Shown: positions 9,814-17,440 of the stretch, piece by piece
Numbering within the stretch: position 1 is the first letter of the stretch
How the letters are laid out: each line of letters begins with the position of its first letter
NCBI GenBank assembly: GCA_965207735.1
Contig: OZ242296.1
Coordinates: forward strand, 3,648,001-3,712,000
Origin: Candidatus Versatilivorator sp.
GTDB taxonomy: Bacteria; Acidobacteriota; Terriglobia; Versatilivoradales; Versatilivoraceae
Length of the DNA: 64,000 nucleotides
Direction of reading: 5' to 3'
Notes under the pieces: generated by a model
What the model saw: only the letters and a program-made list of their open reading frames with translations
What the model was told of the DNA's origin: nothing
Databases searched by the model: none
Program-made: the position numbers and the translations under genes

Positions 9814-11583
9814 ATGTCTGATTCAGCCCACCCTGTCGTCCATCCGGCGCCGACGACATTTATTCGCAAATGGGTATTCAGCACAGACCATAAGATCATC
9901 GGGATCCAGTATTACTTCCTGGCGTTGATCGCGGTCTTCACCGGTCTGGCGCTTTCCGTGCTGATGCGGCTGCGGTTGGCCTGGCCGGCCGAGTCCTGGC
10001 CCTGGCTGGAGAAAATATTTCCGGTGGGGTTCGAGGGCGGGGTGATGTCACCCGAGTTCTACCTGGCCATGCTGACCATGCACGGCACCATCATGGTCTT
10101 CTTCGTCTTGACCACGGCTCCACAGGGCGGATTCGGGAATTACTTCCTGCCAATCCAGATCGGGGCCCACGACATGGCCTTTCCGGTGCTGAACATGCTG
10201 TCCTTCTGGGTCACCTTCCTGAGCATGGGAGTGATGTTTGCGGCCTTCTTCGTGGCCGGAGGGGCGCCGATATCCGGCTGGACGGCCTACGCCCCGCTCA
10301 GCGCACTGGGTGAGGTGGCCGGACCCGGGCTGGGGTCGGGTCAGGACCTGTGGATTATCAGTATCGCCCTCTTCTGTGTCGCCTCCCTGCTGGGCGCGCT
10401 CAACTTCATCACCACGGTTCTCAATATGCGGGCCAAGGGAATGTCGCTGATGAAGATGCCGCTGACCGTCTGGACCTGGTTCACCACGGCTATCCTGGCC
10501 CTGCTTTCCTTCCCGGTGCTGCTGGCGGCCGGAATCCTGCTGTTGCTCGACCGGATCGGCGGAACCAGCTTCTTCATCCCGGCCGGCCTGGTGGTGAGTG
10601 ACACCGTTATCGAGAGCTCGGGAGGCTCTCCCATCTTGTGGCAGCACCTCTTCTGGTTCTTCGGGCACCCCGAGGTCTACATTGCCATCCTTCCGGGTAT
10701 GGGCGTGACCTCCCAGTTGTTGGCGACCTTCGCCCGCAAGCCGGTTTTCGGATACCACGCCATGGTGGTGGCCATCTTCGCCATTGGAATGCTGGGCTTC
10801 TTCGTCTGGGGACATCACATGTTCGTGAGCGGCCTGAGTCCCTTTTCGGCGCTGGTGTTCTCCATCCTGACCCTGGCCATCGGCGTGCCGTCGGCGATCA
10901 AGACCTTCAACTGGCTGGGAACCTTGTGGGGAGGGAAGATCCGCTTGACCACCGCCATGCTCTTTGCCATCGGCTTCGTATCCCTGTTCGTCTCCGGGGG
11001 CATCACGGGCCTTTTCCTGGGGCAGACATCGGTGGACGTGCAACTTCACGATACCTACTTCCCGGTAGCCCACTTCCACATGATCATGGGTGTGGCGGCT
11101 ATCTTCGGTATTTTGGGGGCCACCTACTACTGGTTCCCCAAAATGTTCGGGCGCATGCTTCACGAAGGGTTGGGCAAGCTGCACTTCTGGTTGACCTTCG
11201 CCGGTGTGAACGCCATCTTCATCCCCATGCATTTGATGGGAATCATGGGGCAACTGCGGCGCTACGCGGAGTCGACCGAGTTCAAGTTCATGGAACCGCT
11301 CCAACCCTATCAGGAATTTGTGACCATCGCGGTTTTCGTGACGGCGGCCGCCCAGCTCCTGTTCCTGGTGAATTTTTTCTGGGGGATGTTCAAGGGCAAG
11401 AAGGCCACCGAAAACCCCTGGGAGGCCACCACCCTGGAATGGATTACCGCTTCTCCGCCACCTCATGACAACTTTGGGGGGAGAGAGCTGGTGGTTCACC
11501 ACGGGGCCTATGAATATGGGGTTCCGGGGGCGCCGCGGGACTACGTGATGCAGACCGATCCACCGCTTGAGAGTGGAAAGTAG
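9814..11583 (+). CDS. coxA: cytochrome c oxidase subunit I, A1 type
   Basis: TDHKIIG, MHGT, GAHDMAFP (D channel), WFFGHPEVY, WGHHMF, AHFH, VPSAIK (K channel). Confidence 0.97.
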   Translation: MSDSAHPVVHPAPTTFIRKWVFSTDHKIIGIQYYFLALIAVFTGLALSVLMRLRLAWPAESWPWLEKIFPVGFEGGVMSPEFYLAMLTMHGTIMVFFVLTTAPQGGFGNYFLPIQIGAHDMAFPVLNMLSFWVTFLSMGVMFAAFFVAGGAPISGWTAYAPLSALGEVAGPGLGSGQDLWIISIALFCVASLLGALNFITTVLNMRAKGMSLMKMPLTVWTWFTTAILALLSFPVLLAAGILLLLDRIGGTSFFIPAGLVVSDTVIESSGGSPILWQHLFWFFGHPEVYIAILPGMGVTSQLLATFARKPVFGYHAMVVAIFAIGMLGFFVWGHHMFVSGLSPFSALVFSILTLAIGVPSAIKTFNWLGTLWGGKIRLTTAMLFAIGFVSLFVSGGITGLFLGQTSVDVQLHDTYFPVAHFHMIMGVAAIFGILGATYYWFPKMFGRMLHEGLGKLHFWLTFAGVNAIFIPMHLMGIMGQLRRYAESTEFKFMEPLQPYQEFVTIAVFVTAAAQLLFLVNFFWGMFKGKKATENPWEATTLEWITASPPPHDNFGGRELVVHHGAYEYGVPGAPRDYVMQTDPPLESGK

Positions 11584-11616
11584 GGCGACCGTCGGGTCGC
11601 TTGCGGAGGTCCCGCC

Positions 11617-12288
11617 ATGCCTGTGGCCATTGCACCCCCTGAAGTCAAGCCGCCAACCGACAAGGGAGACCTGGTCCCGGAATCGGGCGGACCGGGAGGC
11701 GGCTCGGGATCGGACCGGAGATCGGATCGATGGGGGGACGGTGGCGGCAGGCGGCTCCGCCCCGACAGCTATCAGTTGGGGATGTGGCTGGCTCTGGCCT
11801 CCATTTCCATGATGTTTATCGGTTTCAGCAGCGCCTATATCCTGGGACAGGGGACAAACAGCCAGTGGCGAGCCATGGCGGCTCCGCCCTTTGTCTGGAT
11901 CAATACGGTGATTCTGCTGGCGAGCAGCCTCAGCCTGGAGTTGGCACGGAGAGCCGCGGTTGCCTCCGAGTTGAGGCGATGGATGACCGTGACCTGTTTG
12001 CTGGGAGCGGCCTTTCTGGTTGGCCAGCTCTGGATCTGGAGGCTGTTGGCCGATCAGGGCATCTACCTGAGCGGGAATCCCCATAGCTCTTTCTTCTACT
12101 TGTTGACGGGAGTCCATGGCGTGCATCTGCTGGGGGGCGTGGCGGGGCTGGCCTACCTGACGGCCAGAGCCTGGAGCTCGGCGGCCAGGATCCCGGCAAG
12201 AGCCTCGTTGAACGTCACGACGCTCTACTGGCATTTCATGGACGGGCTCTGGATTTATCTATTGGTCTTGTTGTTTTTCTGGAGGTAA
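11617..12288 (+). CDS. cytochrome c oxidase subunit III-like, copy 1
   Basis: LGMWL, NTVILLASS, FYLLTGVHGVH, YWHFMD. Confidence 0.9.
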   Translation: MPVAIAPPEVKPPTDKGDLVPESGGPGGGSGSDRRSDRWGDGGGRRLRPDSYQLGMWLALASISMMFIGFSSAYILGQGTNSQWRAMAAPPFVWINTVILLASSLSLELARRAAVASELRRWMTVTCLLGAAFLVGQLWIWRLLADQGIYLSGNPHSSFFYLLTGVHGVHLLGGVAGLAYLTARAWSSAARIPARASLNVTTLYWHFMDGLWIYLLVLLFFWR

Positions 12289-12294
12289 GCGCGG

Positions 12295-12930
12295 ATGGCA
12301 GACGCTCGTGTGGAAAATACGGGATTGCAGGTGTGGGGAGGTGGGACCCTTCCCTACTCGGTGTCTCACATCAAGCTGGGGATGTGGCTCTTCATCGTTT
12401 CCGATGCCTTGACCTTCTCCGCCTTGTTGTTCGGTTACAGCTATGTCAGGATAGCCACCCCGGACTGGCCGACCCCCTTTCATTTCTGGCCGACCATAGT
12501 CTTTGCCACGTTGATGACCGCCGTTCTGCTGTCGAGCAGCCTGACCATGGTGCTCGCCGTCAATGCGGCCCAGCGGGGCGATCGCAAATGGACCATTCGC
12601 TGGATCCTGTGGACGGCCTTTTTCGGCACCGCCTTCATCGTGCTGCACGGCCTGGAATGGATGGGGCTCATAAACCAAGGAATGACTCTGAGTGGGAATC
12701 CCTGGGGGACACCGCTGTTCGGTGCCACTTTCTTCGGGATCACCGGCATGCACATGTTTCACGTCTTTACCGGCGTGGTCTATCTGCTGGCGATCGCCGG
12801 GGGGGTCGCCAGGAAGCGGTTTCATTCCGAACACGTCGAGGTCTGCGGCTTGTACTGGCACTTCGTGGACCTGGTCTGGATGTTCGTGTTTCCCCTGGTC
12901 TACCTGCTTTCCGTCGACATGGGAGCGTAA
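12295..12930 (+). CDS. cytochrome c oxidase subunit III-like, copy 2
   Basis: KLGMWLFIVSD, TGMHMFHV, GLYWHFVDLVW. Confidence 0.92.
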   Translation: MADARVENTGLQVWGGGTLPYSVSHIKLGMWLFIVSDALTFSALLFGYSYVRIATPDWPTPFHFWPTIVFATLMTAVLLSSSLTMVLAVNAAQRGDRKWTIRWILWTAFFGTAFIVLHGLEWMGLINQGMTLSGNPWGTPLFGATFFGITGMHMFHVFTGVVYLLAIAGGVARKRFHSEHVEVCGLYWHFVDLVWMFVFPLVYLLSVDMGA

Positions 12931-12964
12931 AACCTACGCGGAATGAAGAAGAGGAGATTCGCCG

Positions 12965-13543
12965 ATGGTCGAGACGTTGCTGCTGCTAGCCTTGAACCTG
13001 CTTCTGGGAGCCGGATGCGTATTTGCGGTGCTGCGCCAGACGCCCCAGGACGTGATGACGCTCGATGGACTGTTCCTGTCCATCTCCTGCATGGTTCTGG
13101 CCCTGGTGTTCTTTCTCAACGGCTACTGGACCTTGCGCAGCCGGGAACTGAGTCCGCTGCTGCAACGGCTGCTCCCGAAGAGGAAGAAATCGGAGAAGCC
13201 CGAAGCTCACCCCGTGGTTCGCAAGGAGGTGCCCCTGGTTCTGGACCATGGCGCGCACAGCGCCATGGGGAACCGGCTGGTCTTCACGGTCTGGTTCTGG
13301 TTGGTACTCATCACCCTGGTGGAAGTGTTTCTGGCATACATCCAGCTGGACGTGACCACCATGCTGATCCTGCTGCTGGGGTTCTCGTTGGTGAAGGCGG
13401 CCCTGATCATCGCCTACTTCATGCACCTGCGGTTCGAAAAGCGGAGCCTGATGTGGACCCTGATGCCCGCCATGGTGGTCACCATCTGTCTCCTGGCCGT
13501 CTTTTTCCCCGACAGCTTCCGGTTGCTGGAATTGCGCCCGTGA
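12965..13543 (+). CDS. cytochrome c oxidase subunit IV family protein with N-terminal extension
   Basis: C-terminal TLVEV..KAALIIAYFMHLRFE motif; two extra N-terminal TM helices; GAGGAG RBS. Confidence 0.8.
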   Translation: MVETLLLLALNLLLGAGCVFAVLRQTPQDVMTLDGLFLSISCMVLALVFFLNGYWTLRSRELSPLLQRLLPKRKKSEKPEAHPVVRKEVPLVLDHGAHSAMGNRLVFTVWFWLVLITLVEVFLAYIQLDVTTMLILLLGFSLVKAALIIAYFMHLRFEKRSLMWTLMPAMVVTICLLAVFFPDSFRLLELRP

Positions 13544-13561
13544 CGGGAGGCGGGTTGCGCC

Positions 13562-13819
13562 ATGCTTGAAACCTGCAACAGCCGTTTGCGAAAGAGCTGG
13601 CCGTTTTTGGCGGCGGGTGTCGTGCTGGCATGCCTCTTGCAGCCGGAGGCGGCCGCCCAGGGCTGCGCCATGTGCAAGACGGCCGCCGAGGCTCAGCCGG
13701 AGCCGGCAATCTCTGCCCTCGGACGGGCCATCCTCTTCCTGTTGACTCCTCCTGTGGCCATCATGGGGACCATCCTGGTCTACACTTTCAGGAAAGACTC
13801 CTCCAATCGGGATGCATGA
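13562..13819 (+). CDS. small membrane protein with CxxC (QGCAMCK)
   Basis: Signal-like N-terminus, CAMC, one TM helix; GGAGG RBS; ATGA overlap with the next gene. Confidence 0.7.
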   Translation: MLETCNSRLRKSWPFLAAGVVLACLLQPEAAAQGCAMCKTAAEAQPEPAISALGRAILFLLTPPVAIMGTILVYTFRKDSSNRDA

Positions 13820-14229
13820 TTGACCTTGCGGACCTCCCGGCCCTAAACGTCGGCCTCAATACCGCCTGCGCCTGCTGCCTGCTGGGGGGATACTACTGGA
13901 TCCGTCGAGGGCGCGTCGCCGCTCACAAGCGGTTCATGCTGGCCGCGCTGGGTTTTTCCAGCCTGTTCCTGACTTCCTACCTCATCTACCACTTTCAGGT
14001 CGGGTCGGTCGCCTTTACCGGCACGGGTTGGGTTCGACCGGTCTACTTTGCCATCTTGCTGAGCCACATCCTCCTGGCCGCGGCGATCTTGCCTTTGGCC
14101 GCCGTCACTGTCTATCGGGCCTGGAATGAGCGATTCGAGTCCCACAAGCGGTTGGCCCGCTGGACCCTTCCGATCTGGCTTTACGTTTCCGTGACCGGGG
14201 TGATCATCTACTGGATGCTCTATCGTTGA
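13816..14229 (+). CDS. DUF420 family membrane protein (CtaM/YozB-like)
   Basis: LPALN..HKRFML..FLTSYLIYH..ILLSHILLA..HKRLARWTLPIWLYVSVTGVIIY. Confidence 0.9.
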   Translation: MIDLADLPALNVGLNTACACCLLGGYYWIRRGRVAAHKRFMLAALGFSSLFLTSYLIYHFQVGSVAFTGTGWVRPVYFAILLSHILLAAAILPLAAVTVYRAWNERFESHKRLARWTLPIWLYVSVTGVIIYWMLYR

Positions 14230-15185
14230 GTTCCATGCCTGATCCAACACCGAACCAACACCACATACCCGAGACCCCTAAACGGCTTGGCCAGGGCTGG
14301 TGGGCTCACCTCCTGGCCGTGGCCTTCGTGTTTCTGGCGATTCTGGTTCCCTTCCTCTTTTGGCAGCAGACCTGGTTCGGAACCGCCCTCAGCGATCAGG
14401 AGATTCGCGAGAATCTGGATCCTGCCGCCAAGCCACGCAAGATTCAGCACGCCCTGGTGCAACTCTCGGAGCAACTGACCGATTCGGGACCGGCCGCTGT
14501 CGCCGCCTGGTACCCCGAGGTAGCGAAACTGGTGGAGCACCCGACCGCTGAAGTGCGCATGACGGTGGCCTGGTTGATGGGGCAAGACCCCACCGCCTCC
14601 GAATTCCGGGTCAGTCTGACTCGACTGCTTCAGGACGCCAATCCGCTGGTTCGACGCAACGCCGCCCTTTCTCTGGTGGCTTTCGGGGAAATAGGCGGCC
14701 GGAAGGAAGTGCGGGGCATGCTGTCCAGCCGGCGCATCCCGGCGCCGGCTTCCGGGGAGCTGCAGTTTCGGCTGAGCGAGGGAGACAGCGTTCGGGCGGG
14801 AACCCTGGTGGCTCGCATTCAGGTGACTGCCGGGGCCTATGAGGAGGTTCGCACTGCCGTGCCGGGATATGTGGAAGAGCGGCTGGCGGAGGAAGGGACG
14901 ACGGTATCGGCAGGCCAGCCGCTGGTTTCCCTGGCCCCTGAAGAGGACCAGGTGTGGGAAGCGCTTCGGGCCATGTATTTCATCGGGGAACTGCAGGACC
15001 TGCCGCTCATTCAAACTCTTTTGTCGGAAAATCCGATGCTCTCCGAGCGAGTCCTGCAGCAGGCGGCTTTCACCATTGGCGCCATTCGCGGCAGAGGCGG
15101 TCAGGAAAAGCCCGCTTGTCTGAAACAACCGACAAAAGACAAAAGACAAAAGACTTATCCACGAAGGGGCACGAAGGACCACTAA
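14226..15185 (+). CDS. membrane-anchored HEAT-repeat protein with biotinyl/lipoyl-like barrel domain
   Basis: TM helix then QQTWFG; HEAT-like LLQDANPLVRRNAALSL; EGDSVRAGTLV..VPGYV..EGTTVSAGQPLV; last ~22 codons lie inside repeat family A. Confidence 0.75.
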   Translation: MSSMPDPTPNQHHIPETPKRLGQGWWAHLLAVAFVFLAILVPFLFWQQTWFGTALSDQEIRENLDPAAKPRKIQHALVQLSEQLTDSGPAAVAAWYPEVAKLVEHPTAEVRMTVAWLMGQDPTASEFRVSLTRLLQDANPLVRRNAALSLVAFGEIGGRKEVRGMLSSRRIPAPASGELQFRLSEGDSVRAGTLVARIQVTAGAYEEVRTAVPGYVEERLAEEGTTVSAGQPLVSLAPEEDQVWEALRAMYFIGELQDLPLIQTLLSENPMLSERVLQQAAFTIGAIRGRGGQEKPACLKQPTKDKRQKTYPRRGTKDH

Positions 15186-15635
15186 GGCGCTGAGGTTAAC
15201 CGCGACGGGATACCAAGTTCGCGAAGGGTTGATCGATTTCTGATTGTTTCACTCTATGTATGATCCGCACACCAGGGCGGGGCCCCGGCTTGCCTGAGAC
15301 AAGCGACAAAAGACAAAAGAAAAAGACTTATCCACGAAGGGGCACGAAGGACGACGAAGGGCCACTAAGGCGCTGAGGTTAACCGCGACGGGGTACCAAG
15401 TTCACGAAGGGATGGTCGATTTCAGATTGTTTCACTCCCGTATGATCCGCCCGGCAGGGCGGGGGCCCGGCTTATCTGAAACAGCCGAAAAAAGACAAAA
15501 GAAAAAGAGGAATCCACGAAGGGCCACTAAGGCATTGAGGTTAACCGCGACGGGATACCAAGGTTAGGAAGGGATGATCGATTTCCGATTGTTTGACTCT
15601 CGTATGATCCGCCCCGTCGTGGGGGGCGGGGGCCG
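15112..15635 (+). repeat. repeat family A: three tandem ~170-180 bp units
   Basis: Units start near 15112, 15285 and 15467: cttgyctgaaacaa-(gacaaaa)n-(nncacgaagg)n-ccactaaggcgctgaggttaaccgcgacggg-...-gattgtttcactc-tatgatccgc-gggcggggg. Confidence 0.95.
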
Positions 15636-15670
15636 GACCTATTAGTAATTGATAATCCCCGGGCGACCCA

Positions 15671-15761
15671 TCGAGCCGCGGAGCGGCGGCAGCAGGTAGC
15701 CGTGGGCGTAAGCCCATGGAAAGGGGTAGCTCCACGTCGAGCCGCGAAGGCGGCGACAGCA
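15671..15761 (+). repeat. REP-like element (GTAG plus palindrome) flanked by direct repeats
   Basis: GTAG-CCGTGGGC-GTAA-GCCCATGG at 15696-15719, between two copies of tcgagccgcg(g/a)ag(g)cggcg(g/a)cagca. Confidence 0.7.
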
Positions 15762-15790
15762 GAGGGCCGAAAGCGCGAGGCCCCGGAGAC

Positions 15791-15872
15791 CGGCTCACCT
15801 GAAATAAAAGAAAACAGAGTGATCCACGAAGGGACCCGAAGAACGACGAAGGGACACTAAGGCGTTGAGGTT
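15791..15872 (+). repeat. repeat family A, partial copy
   Basis: cacctgaaataaaagaaaacagagtgatccacgaagggacccgaagaacgacgaagggacactaaggcgttgaggtt. Confidence 0.9.
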
Positions 15873-15918
15873 GGCAATCTTTGAGAGTTGGTCCTTGGGA
15901 ATTCTTCTGCGGGGCAGA

Positions 15919-16278
15919 CTAAACCGACATCTCTCCAACCACGGCTTCTACCTCGTCGATGGGCTCCATCTCGATGGCGTCCCAGGGACAGCCATCCAGA
16001 AAGGATCCGTCGGGACCCTGGCTGGTGCACTTCTTGCAACCGATGCAGAGAAAAGGGTCCACTTCGATGTGGCCAAAGGGAGGATGGTCTTCGTCCGGCA
16101 CCCAGAACATGCAGTCCGCCACGGGGCAATAGGGGACACAGGCCGGCGAGCCGGCGCAGCCCGTGCAGCACTCCGTGATGACGGCGATGGCGCGGGGCTT
16201 TTTCTTGCGTGGGGTTTCTATTCCTTCCGACTTGGGTTCCAGCTTGGGTAGGGAAGAGATTTCGTCCAGTGGGTACAT
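15919..16278 (-). CDS. 2x[4Fe-4S]-type ferredoxin
   Basis: CTGCAGSPACVPYCP and CIGCKKC-x11-CPWDAI; GGAGG RBS. Confidence 0.9.
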   Translation of the reverse strand: MYPLDEISSLPKLEPKSEGIETPRKKKPRAIAVITECCTGCAGSPACVPYCPVADCMFWVPDEDHPPFGHIEVDPFLCIGCKKCTSQGPDGSFLDGCPWDAIEMEPIDEVEAVVGEMSV

Positions 16279-16332
16279 CCATCCTCCGGGTCAAGACAGG
16301 GTCGAAAAACGTTTATCTCCAACAATGGCCTA

Positions 16333-16361
16333 ATCATAGCACAGGTAACGGAGTCGTCCAA
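16333..16361 (-). promoter_or_regulatory. sigma70-like promoter of the ferredoxin gene
   Basis: Minus strand TTGGAC-17 bp-TATGAT with extended TG. Confidence 0.45.
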
Positions 16362-16494
16362 TGGGCCGCGTGCAGCCAGGGCCGGGTTGCCTTTTGCTTG
16401 CAAGATCAGGTTTGTTTCCTGTAGTTTGACCTGTGCTAATGGGCCATGGGGGCCGGCCAGAGTCAGGGACGGCCAATTCCCGCGAGGAGCCTGC

Positions 16495-17439
16495 ATGGAA
16501 ATCGTGGTGCCAATTGTTCTGGTGGTGTTGGGGCTGGGAGCAGCCTATTTGGCCCTTGGTGGTTTGGTCCGGCTGGGAAAGGAAAGACCGGAGTTCTGGC
16601 TCTTCGGGTTGGGAGTGCGCAGCCGGTTCGGTGCCTTGAAGGTCCTGCTAGTGGCGCTGGCGCTGCTGGTTCTGGCCTGGTCGTTTCGACAGCAGGGTTC
16701 CCTGATTCGCGGGTTGCAGCCGGAATTGGCGGGAGCGCAGGAGGAGGCCAGGGCTCGCTTGGATCGGCTTGAGGTGGCCGCCCGGTCGCTAACGGATCTT
16801 AAAGCCCAGGTCCAGCATCTCACCGAACAAAAACAGGAATATCAGCGGATCGCCGGCCGCCGCCAGACCGAGTTGGCGGCGCAGGCCAAGTCGCTGGAAG
16901 AGGCGCTTCAGCGGCAAGAGCAGGCGGCTGCCGGATTCCAGGAGAGCCTGGCTGAACTGGACCGGCTATTGGAGGCTCTTCAACAGGAGAAAGAGGCGGC
17001 AGTGAGGGCTTCCCTCCGTTTGAAGCAGGACCTGCGCTCGGCCGAGTCCAAGCTGGCACTCTCCCGGCAAAGCCACGAGGAGTTGACGGGGACACTCTCG
17101 CGGCTGACCGCCGAAAAACGGGACGAATCGAAGAGTCTCCGGGAAGAGATCGAGAAGCTCAAGTCCTCCCATCACGACCAGAAGCGGCGAACCGACCTTC
17201 TCAGACATGGGCTGGTGTCGCGGGAAGCCCACGATTGGTCCCTGGAGCAGGAAATCGAAAAACTTGCCAATCTCATTTCCGACGACCCCGACGCCAGCTT
17301 TTCCCGCCAGACGAACATTGCCCGCACCCTGCAGAGGATCCAGGAGCTTCTCCGGGAAGGCACTGCCCTGGCCCAACAGGCCAAGGCGGCCGAAACCCGC
17401 CTGCGTGGATCCCGGACCGTATCCGCCGATTCCGACTGA
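16495..17439 (+). CDS. hypothetical protein, two N-terminal TM helices plus long coiled coil
   Basis: GAGGAG RBS before ATG 16495; hydrophobic N-terminus; heptad-like E/Q/L/R-rich body. Confidence 0.7.
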   Translation: MEIVVPIVLVVLGLGAAYLALGGLVRLGKERPEFWLFGLGVRSRFGALKVLLVALALLVLAWSFRQQGSLIRGLQPELAGAQEEARARLDRLEVAARSLTDLKAQVQHLTEQKQEYQRIAGRRQTELAAQAKSLEEALQRQEQAAAGFQESLAELDRLLEALQQEKEAAVRASLRLKQDLRSAESKLALSRQSHEELTGTLSRLTAEKRDESKSLREEIEKLKSSHHDQKRRTDLLRHGLVSREAHDWSLEQEIEKLANLISDDPDASFSRQTNIARTLQRIQELLREGTALAQQAKAAETRLRGSRTVSADSD

Positions 17440-17440
17440 A

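Noticed and set aside
10048-12234. Long antisense ORFs (also 26861-29233, 29318-30763, 61471-63063 and others)
   Set aside because: Shadow frames of well-supported genes in GC-rich DNA; no recognisable motifs
15112-15635. Tandem array as a CRISPR array
   Set aside because: Units are ~175 bp and similar along their whole length, with no unique spacers and no cas genes
16495-17439. Coiled-coil membrane protein as a defence or secretion component
   Set aside because: No diagnostic motifs or supporting neighbours
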